DNA of 64,000 nt from Vulcanimicrobiota bacterium. GTDB taxonomy: Bacteria; Vulcanimicrobiota; Xenobia; Xenobiales; JADMJV01. The stretch lies in contig JBFWNU010000001.1 of the NCBI GenBank assembly GCA_050250895.1, forward strand, positions 1,956,791 to 2,020,790, given 5' to 3'. Each line of letters begins with the position of its first letter. Position 1 is the first letter of the stretch. A program made the position numbers and the translations under genes. Positions 56,329 through 64,000 of this stretch are shown here, piece by piece. The notes beneath the pieces are model-generated. The model ran no database searches. It saw only the letters and a list, made by a program, of their open reading frames with translations, and was not told the origin of the DNA.

Positions 56329-56991
56329 CTACCAGCCAGAGGAAGCAGAGCCGCCAGAGCCGCCGCCTCCATAGCCGTGGTAGGCGCTTCCAGAGTTTTC
56401 GTTGCGGGTCCTCGGTGGCTCAGGCAGTTCCTGTCCAGGGTTCATCCATTCCGGGTGTTGACGAAGGGTTTTCAGGACCGAAGGGGTGGCCGTCTGTTTG
56501 AGCTCATCCCGATGGAATTGGTTTTGCTCTTTCTGGCAGAAGTAGCCTATGGCTGCCCCGCCTAAGGCAACCGCGCCGCAGGCAGCCAGCCCCAGCCCTG
56601 GAGAACTCAGGGCCGCAGCCGAGACACCCAGGCCGACCAGGCCAATCACCAGTCCACCGGCTATTGTGGCCAGGCTCTCTGACAGGCTCTCGGTCATGGC
56701 AGCGCCCCCCAAGCCAGCCACGAGACCGAGTACGCCGGCCACCTCTGGTCCAAAGACGGTACAGGCAGCGGCCAGACCACCGGTGACTGCGGCTCCCGCC
56801 AGGCTAGCCACCAGGCTTCGTTTGGATTGGCGCGAACTGATGGCTTGCTCGGCCTGCCCCTGGTCGAGGGTGACCAGATCATGGATATCCCGGCCGAGGG
56901 GGGTTGCGTTCTGAACCTCCTCGGCCGCGCGCTGAGCGGTTCCGCGTGAGTAGAGAGCTTGCCGGTGGACCTGAGGTGCGTTGACCAACAT
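56329..56991 (-). CDS. Hypothetical membrane protein
   Basis: AGGAGG SD; four Gly/Ala-rich hydrophobic helices. Confidence 0.7.
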   Translation of the reverse strand: MLVNAPQVHRQALYSRGTAQRAAEEVQNATPLGRDIHDLVTLDQGQAEQAISSRQSKRSLVASLAGAAVTGGLAAACTVFGPEVAGVLGLVAGLGGAAMTESLSESLATIAGGLVIGLVGLGVSAAALSSPGLGLAACGAVALGGAAIGYFCQKEQNQFHRDELKQTATPSVLKTLRQHPEWMNPGQELPEPPRTRNENSGSAYHGYGGGGSGGSASSGW

Positions 56992-57014
56992 GGGATCCTC
57001 CTGTCAGCTCCAGG

Positions 57015-58145
57015 CTATCCCATCGCGATGACATTTTCCTGAAAAGTGAGCTCGATATCGGGTTCAATCTCGTCTCGGGCTAGCACCACCCAGTCAACCG
57101 GCAAGGCCTCCTTTACCCGGAGTCGGTCGTGGGGCTCGGTCACCACCACCGGCTGGCCTCCTCGAGCGGCCAGTTCTCGACCTTGCCGCTTGACCGCCTC
57201 GAGGTCGCCCTGGTGTCGGACCGCTTCCAGTTTGCCCTGGTCGGCGTAGACTCGAGTCAGCACGGGGCCAAGAGCCCGGCGACAAGCCTCGGCCAGCTGG
57301 CGCGGCTCTTGCTCGGACGACTCGAGCACCGTTTCGAGAATGAGCGCCAGGTCGCGAATCGGCACTTCCTCGGCCAGCAGGTGACAAAGCAACCTGCGCA
57401 GCCGGGCCAAAGTCAGGCGGGAGGGAATCACCTCGGCCACCAACCGGGGCTGGTCGAGCATGTCGAGCAAGCGGGCCGTGTCTTCGACGCCCAGCAAGCT
57501 GGCCGCATGACGCTTGATGGTATGCGTCAGGTGGGTCACCAGCACGCTCATGTCGTCGAAGACCATACAGCCCTGGGCCTCGGCTTGCTCGCGCTGGTGG
57601 GGAAGAATCCATACGCTGGGCAGAGAGTAGGTCGGGTCGGGCCGGTGTGGGCCATCGAGCCCTGCCAGGCTGGCTTCTCGGGTCATGACGGCCAGCCTAC
57701 GACCCGGTTCGAGCCAGCCCTCGGCGCGCGGCACCTCGCGGATGAAGATGCGATAGCGGCCTCCCTCCTCGAGGCGGTCTGACAGGCGTACCCCCGGGGT
57801 GGGAAAGCCTAGCTCACGAGCCAGGTGGCGCCGAACATAGCGGATTCTCTCGCAAAGTCGCTCGACCTGCAGCGAGGGGTCGGGACCGAGCAACTGGCTG
57901 GCCAACTCGACTCGAATGAGGTCACAGCGGAGCCACTCTTTGAGTTCGTCTTCGGGAGGCACACAGATCGAGCGAGGGTCGACCTCGAGCGCCTCGGCCA
58001 CGCGTCGCAGAGATTCTAGCGAGCCCTGACCAGCCTCGAGCCGCCGCACAGTGCGCAAGCCCAGTTGGCTTCGCTGGGAGAGTTCTTCCTGGGTCCAGGC
58101 CCGCTCTTCACGGGCCTGCCGAAGCAGCGTTCCGTCGATCTTCAT
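57015..58145 (-). CDS. XRE-HTH fused to FHIPEP (FlhA/SctV cytoplasmic) domain
   Basis: LRQAREERAWTQEELS..HTH, then RI..VRR.LARELGF..P, LPSVWI, THL...IKRHAA.LLG, LL.EEVPIRDL..ILE. Confidence 0.85.
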   Translation of the reverse strand: MKIDGTLLRQAREERAWTQEELSQRSQLGLRTVRRLEAGQGSLESLRRVAEALEVDPRSICVPPEDELKEWLRCDLIRVELASQLLGPDPSLQVERLCERIRYVRRHLARELGFPTPGVRLSDRLEEGGRYRIFIREVPRAEGWLEPGRRLAVMTREASLAGLDGPHRPDPTYSLPSVWILPHQREQAEAQGCMVFDDMSVLVTHLTHTIKRHAASLLGVEDTARLLDMLDQPRLVAEVIPSRLTLARLRRLLCHLLAEEVPIRDLALILETVLESSEQEPRQLAEACRRALGPVLTRVYADQGKLEAVRHQGDLEAVKRQGRELAARGGQPVVVTEPHDRLRVKEALPVDWVVLARDEIEPDIELTFQENVIAMG

Positions 58146-58269
58146 AGGCCTATTCTAACCCGGGTCGCTCACCCTCGAAAGGCCAGGCAGCGGCCGAATG
58201 CCGGCCACGGTCGTGGCCCCGGGTACGCTTTTCCTGGCCTTCGACCCCAATACATGGTAATATTGCCAG

Positions 58270-58722
58270 ATGGAGTTGGTGCTCTTCATAGGTCTCCCGG
58301 GCAGTGGCAAGACTTCGTTCTATCAGCAACGGTTCGCCTCGACCCACCTGCATGTGAGCAAGGACCTGATGCCCAACCTCAAGCGGCGCGATCGTCGTCA
58401 GGCCCGGATGATCGAGAGGGCTTTCGAACGGGGTGGTTCGGTGGTGCTCGACAACACCCACCCGGCCCGCGCTGAGCGGCGAGTCTGGCTCGAACTCGCC
58501 CACCGTTGGAAGGCCGAGCCGGTGGGATACTACTTCGCCTCGAGCCTGGCCGAGTGCCAGGCTCGCAACCAGAACCGGGCCCGGCAGGTACCCGACGTTG
58601 CCTTCTTCTCCATCCTCAAGAAGCTCGAACGACCGGTCCCAGAGGAAGGTTTCGCCAGGCTTTACTACGTTCGTCTCACGGCCACCGGATTTCAAGTGGA
58701 GGATTACAACCATGCGCTTTAA
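58270..58722 (+). CDS. AAA_33 / polynucleotide kinase-like P-loop protein
   Basis: IGLPGSGKTSF, VVLDNT, C.ARN..R, P..EEGF. Confidence 0.85.
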   Translation: MELVLFIGLPGSGKTSFYQQRFASTHLHVSKDLMPNLKRRDRRQARMIERAFERGGSVVLDNTHPARAERRVWLELAHRWKAEPVGYYFASSLAECQARNQNRARQVPDVAFFSILKKLERPVPEEGFARLYYVRLTATGFQVEDYNHAL

Positions 58723-59458
58723 CGAACTCGATGCACGGATGCGCTCGCTGGAATACTTTCATCAAGTCAAGGTGCCTCCCGGTTGCTGGACCGTCTTGCG
58801 TCTCGATGGGCGCGGCTTCTCGCGTTTTACGGCCGAGCGCTTCGACAAGCCCTTCGATGCCCGTTTTCGCGAGGCCATGGTGACCACCGCCGAGCGCCTG
58901 ATGCAGGAGTTTCCGGTCGTCTACGGTTATACCGAAAGCGATGAGATCTCGTTGTTGCTGGTCCGCGACTGGGACTTTTTCGATCGTGAACTCGAGAAGG
59001 TCATCTCGCTTTCGGCGGCCACCGCCAGCGCTTGCTTTTCGCTGGCCGTCGGCTGCGAAGCCACCTTCGACAGCCGAGTCTGGATGGCGGCCGAGACCGA
59101 GACGGTGGTCGATTACTTCCGCTGGCGCCAGGCCGACGCCGCCCGCTGCGCTCTCAACGGCTGGGCTTACTGGGTCTTGCGCGGCGAGGGCCTGAACGCC
59201 AGGCAGGCCACGGCGCGCCTGGCCGGGGCCAGTCGGGCCGACAAAAACGAGTTGCTCCACCAGCGCGGAGTGAACTTCAACGAGGTGCCCCTGTGGCAGC
59301 GCCGGGGCACCGGCCTGGGCTGGGAGAGCTATGACAAGCCCGGCTTCAACCCCCTTACCGGCCAGGCGGTCACGGCCCAACGCCGTCGCCTGCGCCGCTA
59401 TGACGATTTGCCGATGAAAGAGGGCTATGCCGAATTCATCCGTGAATTGATTGCCTGA
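58712..59458 (+). CDS. Thg1-like tRNA(His) guanylyltransferase / 3'-5' polymerase
   Basis: LRLDGRGFSRFT...KPFD, YTESDEIS, FDSR, DYFRWRQ.D, KNELL...G.NFN; ATG at 58712. Confidence 0.92.
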   Translation: MRFNELDARMRSLEYFHQVKVPPGCWTVLRLDGRGFSRFTAERFDKPFDARFREAMVTTAERLMQEFPVVYGYTESDEISLLLVRDWDFFDRELEKVISLSAATASACFSLAVGCEATFDSRVWMAAETETVVDYFRWRQADAARCALNGWAYWVLRGEGLNARQATARLAGASRADKNELLHQRGVNFNEVPLWQRRGTGLGWESYDKPGFNPLTGQAVTAQRRRLRRYDDLPMKEGYAEFIRELIA

Positions 59459-59730
59459 CCCAGGTCGCCTTCCAGCTACTGCCCTCGTTACTCAGGCTGA
59501 TCTGATTGGAGCCGGGGTCATAGACGGCGAAGATTTTGTCGTTGTCGGCCATGTAATAGAACTGCACGCGAAAGCCCGGCATCCAGTGGCCCGTGTATTC
59601 CTGGCGCTGGCCTTCGGGATTGACCACCAGGGTAAAGGTGTCCGGATTGCCGGCATAGCAGACGTTGATGATAGCTCCGCTGTTGGAGCGCCAGTAGCCG
59701 TTGATGGCGGCGTTCTCGTCCTTCTCTACG
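59436..59730 (-). pseudogene. Probable 5'-truncated gene remnant
   Basis: Protein-like frame (INGYWRSNSGAIINV...W.ATW) extends upstream of the first start codon at 59627. Confidence 0.4.
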
Positions 59731-59758
59731 GCGCTAGCGCGCCGCGCCGCTGGGGTGA

Positions 59759-60922
59759 CTAGTCGCCTTTGGGGCGGCTGAAGTCGGTGGTGTCAGGCAG
59801 AGCGACTCGATAGTCGACCTCTGGCAAATATAGATTGTAGGGCTCACCGATGCCCCCGATGTCAAAGATCGAGACGGGGCCGTTGACGCCTTTGACTTTC
59901 ACCCGCAGGCGACCGTCCACCCGAGCGATCTCCGAGAGATGACTCAAAGTGGTGTGCGAGATGAGGATCTGTCCGGGCAAGGTGAAGGTCTCGATGCGGG
60001 AGGCCATATTCACCGGGCTGCCGACCACGCCATACTTCATCCGCTTCTGCGAGCCGATGTTACCGACCACCACTTCACCGGTATTGATGCCGATTCCCAT
60101 CCCCATCTGCGGCAGGCCCAGTTCGCGATTGGCCTGGTTGACCTCTTCCATTTTCTGCTGCATCTCGATGGCGCAGGCCAGCGCTCGAGCCGCATCCTCA
60201 CGGGGAGAATCCGAGAGCGGGGCGCCAAAAATCACCAGGATAGCATCGCCGATGAATTCGTCGATAGTCCCACGGTATTTGAAGATGACATCGACCATGG
60301 TGCCCAGGAAGCGGTTGAGAAAGGCGACCACCTCGGTGGGGTCAAGCTTCTCCGAGGTGGGAGTGAAGTTGCGCAGGTCGCTCATCATGATAGTGACTTC
60401 GCGCTTTTCTCCACCGAGAGCCAGTCCTTCAGGAGACTTGAGCAAGGTTTCGGCCACTTCGTCGGTGACGAACCGACCGAAGATCTCGCGGATGATGACA
60501 TTCTTACGCTCGAGCTCTTCTTGCAACCTGACCAGGCGGGCTCCCGCATGCAGCCGAACGTTGAGCTCTTGCGGGTCAAACGGTTTGAACATGTAGTCGT
60601 CGGCGCCGCTGGCCAGGCCCTGGATCAGGTGCTCGCGCTCGCCCATCGAGGTCAGTAAGATGATGTAGGCGTACTGTCCATCGGGCCGGGCCCGAACGCG
60701 CTCGCAAATCTCGGGACCGTTGAGACCGGGCATGACCCAGTCGAGTAAGGCCAGGCGGGGAGCCTCGTCGGACTCGAGGATCTCCAGAGCGCGCTGGCCG
60801 TCCTGGGCGGCCACGACTTCGATGCCCCAGGCATTCAGGTTGGCCGTGAGCATCGCCTGAGTGACAAAATCATCGTCGGCCACCAGCACGCGGGTGCCCG
60901 GGGCGAAGTTGCGATCCGTCAT
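59759..60922 (-). CDS. Response regulator-adenylate/guanylate cyclase
   Basis: REC (VLVADDD, LLDWVMP, KPF) plus class III cyclase (MSDLRNFT, FIGDA, GIGINTG, VNMASRIE). Confidence 0.93.
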   Translation of the reverse strand: MTDRNFAPGTRVLVADDDFVTQAMLTANLNAWGIEVVAAQDGQRALEILESDEAPRLALLDWVMPGLNGPEICERVRARPDGQYAYIILLTSMGEREHLIQGLASGADDYMFKPFDPQELNVRLHAGARLVRLQEELERKNVIIREIFGRFVTDEVAETLLKSPEGLALGGEKREVTIMMSDLRNFTPTSEKLDPTEVVAFLNRFLGTMVDVIFKYRGTIDEFIGDAILVIFGAPLSDSPREDAARALACAIEMQQKMEEVNQANRELGLPQMGMGIGINTGEVVVGNIGSQKRMKYGVVGSPVNMASRIETFTLPGQILISHTTLSHLSEIARVDGRLRVKVKGVNGPVSIFDIGGIGEPYNLYLPEVDYRVALPDTTDFSRPKGD

Positions 60923-61056
60923 GGCTGTGACCTCCTTCTTCAGTCTGAGCTAGTCTCTTTTGCCTGAAAGAGCGAGGTTGCCTGCCTGCTTCGGGGAGTA
61001 AACGTATCGCCTTGATTGGCAAGCCCCGGCCCTCGAAGGGCGCGTAGAACCCATGG

Positions 61057-61181
61057 TTTACAAGCCTGGGGGCCTGTGATATAGTCCGGTAGATTGTCCG
61101 GCTGGACTCTCGGGCCCCTCCTGCCCCGAGTTTGGCGGCTGTCGTAATACCACGGGCTGAGCCCGACGGAGGACTAGTTCA
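61057..61181 (+). promoter_or_regulatory. rpsO promoter and probable S15 leader
   Basis: TTTACA-17-TATAGT with TG extension; ~90-nt structured leader (CTCGGG/CCCGAG stem) before the GGAGG SD. Confidence 0.6.
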
Positions 61182-61439
61182 ATGGTGAACAAGACGGAAG
61201 TTATCGAGGAGCATCGGATCCACGAGAAAGATTCGGGTTCCGCCGACGTCCAGATCGCAATTCTGACTACCAGAATCAACCATCTTACAGAGCACCTCAA
61301 GGTCCACAAGAAGGACCACCACTCTCGCCGGGGTCTTCTGATGATGGTCGGTCGACGACGACGCCTTCTGAAGTATTTGAAGAAAAACCACCTGAAGCGG
61401 TATCGAGCCCTGATTGCAAAGCTTGGTCTACGCCGCTAG
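61182..61439 (+). CDS. rpsO: 30S ribosomal protein S15
   Basis: [32 protein letters not shown]. Confidence 0.98.
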   Translation: MVNKTEVIEEHRIHEKDSGSADVQIAILTTRINHLTEHLKVHKKDHHSRRGLLMMVGRRRRLLKYLKKNHLKRYRALIAKLGLRR

Positions 61440-61463
61440 CAGGATGCCTCGGACGAGGTCGTT

Positions 61464-61489
61464 AGAGACACAGTCGATGTGTCTCTTTT
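61464..61489 (+). terminator. Terminator/attenuator between rpsO and pnp
   Basis: AGAGACACA-loop-TGTGTCTCT followed by TTT. Confidence 0.7.
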
Positions 61490-61530
61490 GGCATTTCTGG
61501 AGGCTTGGAACATGTTGAGGTGAAGAGAGA

Positions 61531-64000
61531 ATGAGTGAACAAGCAACCCTGGTCCAGAGCCAGAAATTCGTAGTGGAGCGCGAAATCGGCGGCACCACCA
61601 TGCGAATGGAGACTGGCGAGTTGGCCAAGCAGGCCGGCGGCGCCGTGTTGGTGACCTACGGCGATACGGTCGTGCTGGTAACCGCGACCGCCAATCCGGC
61701 CCCGCGCCCCGGCGCCAGCTTTTTTCCGCTGACCGTCGATTATGAAGAAAAAATGTATGCCTCGGGCAAGATTCCCGGAGGCTGGATCAAGCGAGAAGGA
61801 CGCCCCCCCGAGCGGGTCACCCTGACCTGCCGCCTGATCGACCGTCCCATCCGGCCGTTGTTCCCCGACGGCTTTCGCAACGACGTCCACGTGGTCGGCA
61901 TGTGCCTGTCGGTCGACGAGCAGAACGATCCTGACGTGCTGGCCCTGTCCGGAGCCGGCGCAGCCCTGTCGCTGTCCAACATCCCCTTCGAAGGCCCGGT
62001 GGCCGGCGTGCGCGTGGGCTATGTCGACGGCGAGTTCTTGATCAATCCCACCGTCGAGGAGATGGTCAACAGTCAGCTCGACCTGGTGGTGGCCGGAACC
62101 CGCGACAACATCATGATGGTCGAATGTGGCGCCCAGGAAGTCAGCGAAGAGTTGCTGCTGGACGCTTTCGAAGAGGCCCACGATGCCATCCGCGAGATCA
62201 TCTCGATGATCGACGAGCTGGTCAAAGAGCATGGTAAAGAGAAATCCGAGTATCCCCTCTTCTTGCCCGATGAGGGCCTGTCCAAAGCGATGAAGAAAGC
62301 GCTCAAGAAAGATGTGGCCAAGGCCATGCGCATCTTCGACAAGCAAGAGCGCAACGCGGCTTTCGACGCCATCAATCGCGAGGCTTTCGCCGAGATGCTG
62401 GGCAAGAAGAAGAGCGAAGAGAACGAGCGGCTCGCCGCCCTGGTGCTCGACAAGGATGTGCCCGACTACGACGACATCCTCAAGGAGATGAAGGGCGAGG
62501 AGATGGTCAACATGATCCTCGACGACGACGTGCGTCCCGACGGTCGCAAGACCACCGAGATCCGCGCCCTCGACGCCCAGGTCGGACGGGTGCCCCGAAC
62601 CCACGGTTCGGGTCTTTTCACTCGCGGTCAGACCCAGGTGCTGTCGCTGTTGACTCTCGGCACGCTGGCCGAAGAGCAGAGCTTCGACAACATCATCGGG
62701 GAGGCCTCACGCCGCTACATCCACCACTACAACTTCCCGCCTTTCTCGGTGGGCGAGGCTCGCTTCATGCGTGGCCCGGGCCGTCGTGAGATCGGCCACG
62801 GTGCTCTGGCCGAGCGCGCTCTCTTGCCGGTGGTTCCCAGCGAAGACGAGTTTCCTTACACCATTCGCGTAGTCAGCGAGTGCCTCGAGTCCAACGGCTC
62901 GACCTCGATGGCCTCGACCTGCGGCAGCACCCTGGCCCTGATGGACGCCGGCGTGCCGATCAAAGCCCCGGTCGGTGGTATCGCCATGGGTCTGGTGATG
63001 CGTCCCAAAGACAAGAAGTGGGCCGTGCTCACCGACATCCAGGGCCTCGAAGACCACCTGGGCGAGATGGACTTCAAGGTGACGGGCACCCGGGACGGCG
63101 TGACCGCGCTGCAGATGGACATCAAACTCAAGGGTATCACTACCGAAATCATGAAGACCGCACTCGACCAGGCTCGTGATGCGCGCTTCACCATCATCGA
63201 CGTGATTGAAAGCGCCATCCCGGCGCCGCGAACCGAGCTTTCCAAGTATGCTCCGCGCATCACCTCGATCACCATCGATCCCGAGAAGATCAAAGACATC
63301 ATCGGCCCTGGCGGCAAGGTCATCAATCGCATCATCGCCGAGACCGGCGTCAAGATCGACATCGAGAACGACGGACGCGTCTTCGTGGCCGCCATCAAGT
63401 CTGATGCCGTCGACCGCGCTCTCAAGATGATCGACGATCAGCTGCGTGACGTCGAGGTCGACGAGATCTACGACGGTAAGGTCATGCGCCTGATGAACTT
63501 CGGCGCCTTCGTGGAAGTGCTGCCGGGCAAAGAAGGCCTGCTGCACATCTCGAAGCTCAAGCCGTTCCATGTCGAGAAAGTTGAAGACGTGGTCTCGGTA
63601 GGCGATGTGCTCGAGGTCAAAGTCGAAGAGATCGACAACATGGGTCGCATCAACCTGACTCGTCGCGGCCTCTACACCGATGAGGAATTGGCTGAGGCCG
63701 AGTCCCGCGGCGGTAGCAAAGGCGGCGACCGTGGCGATCGTGGCGATCGCGGTGACCGGGGAGATCGCGGTGACCGCGGCGGACGCGATCGTGGCGACCG
63801 TGGCGACCGTGGACGGGGTCGCGGGGACCGTGGAGGACGCGGTGGACGTGATCGTGGCGATCGCGGTGGCGACCGTGGCGATCGCGGTGGCGACCGTGGC
63901 GATCGCGGTGGCGACCGTGGCGATCGCGGTGGCGACCGTGGCGATCGCGGTGGCGACCGTGGCGATCGCGGTGGCGACCGTGGCGATCGCGGTGGCGACC
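61531..64000 (+). CDS. pnp: Polyribonucleotide nucleotidyltransferase (3' end beyond window)
   Basis: Translated by hand (absent from the track because it has no stop): [60 protein letters not shown] and S1 domains. Confidence 0.97.
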   Translation, partial: MSEQATLVQSQKFVVEREIGGTTMRMETGELAKQAGGAVLVTYGDTVVLVTATANPAPRPGASFFPLTVDYEEKMYASGKIPGGWIKREGRPPERVTLTCRLIDRPIRPLFPDGFRNDVHVVGMCLSVDEQNDPDVLALSGAGAALSLSNIPFEGPVAGVRVGYVDGEFLINPTVEEMVNSQLDLVVAGTRDNIMMVECGAQEVSEELLLDAFEEAHDAIREIISMIDELVKEHGKEKSEYPLFLPDEGLSKAMKKALKKDVAKAMRIFDKQERNAAFDAINREAFAEMLGKKKSEENERLAALVLDKDVPDYDDILKEMKGEEMVNMILDDDVRPDGRKTTEIRALDAQVGRVPRTHGSGLFTRGQTQVLSLLTLGTLAEEQSFDNIIGEASRRYIHHYNFPPFSVGEARFMRGPGRREIGHGALAERALLPVVPSEDEFPYTIRVVSECLESNGSTSMASTCGSTLALMDAGVPIKAPVGGIAMGLVMRPKDKKWAVLTDIQGLEDHLGEMDFKVTGTRDGVTALQMDIKLKGITTEIMKTALDQARDARFTIIDVIESAIPAPRTELSKYAPRITSITIDPEKIKDIIGPGGKVINRIIAETGVKIDIENDGRVFVAAIKSDAVDRALKMIDDQLRDVEVDEIYDGKVMRLMNFGAFVEVLPGKEGLLHISKLKPFHVEKVEDVVSVGDVLEVKVEEIDNMGRINLTRRGLYTDEELAEAESRGGSKGGDRGDRGDRGDRGDRGDRGGRDRGDRGDRGRGRGDRGGRGGRDRGDRGGDRGDRGGDRGDRGGDRGDRGGDRGDRGGDRGDRGGDRGDRGGD
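63715..64000 (+). repeat. Gly-Asp-Arg coding repeats, ending in ~7 perfect 21-nt units
   Basis: GGCGATCGCGGTGGCGACCGT (GDRGGDR, in frame with pnp) from 63856 to the window end. Confidence 0.9.

Noticed and set aside
60925-61050. Possible cyclic-dinucleotide riboswitch upstream of the REC-cyclase gene
   Set aside because: Could not match the c-di-GMP-I/II consensus by eye; needs an Infernal search
63856-64000. Perfect 21-nt repeat as a CRISPR array
   Set aside because: No spacers, in frame with pnp (GDRGGDR), and no cas genes

Overview
GC-rich bacterial chromosome segment. The gene content is loosely reminiscent of Ca. Eremiobacterota/Vulcanimicrobiota, but this placement is unverified. Bases 1-~10.8 kb are an integrated phage-related element sitting against the 3' end of tRNA-Lys(TTT). 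It carries an integrase, a CI/Cro switch, Xis, a DnaB-like helicase, a Rep protein with iterons and an SSB-like protein, then runs directly into a tape-measure gene flanked by two paralogous chaperone-like genes. No head or packaging genes are visible in the window. Next come a five-tRNA operon and mostly housekeeping or accessory genes (rdgB, hemL, pilC, coaD, trpF/B/A, aroF, rpsO, partial pnp). The most striking observation is at 27.0-27.3 kb, between trpF and trpB: a sigma70 promoter, a strong SD and a 21-codon Lys/Phe/Arg-rich leader ORF (MKRKFRKRNFFRF...) that reads into the first of two atypical tRNAs, whose anticodons are Lys and Phe. This is a candidate ribosome-sensed backup-tRNA cassette. 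Other highlights are two membrane-less FlhA/SctV cytoplasmic-domain proteins (one fused to an XRE HTH), several proteins with type III-like N-terminal leaders, RNA-repair modules (RlaP-like pair, kinase plus Thg1-like) and widespread leaderless-type promoters. All family assignments come from motif recognition by eye; no searches were run.
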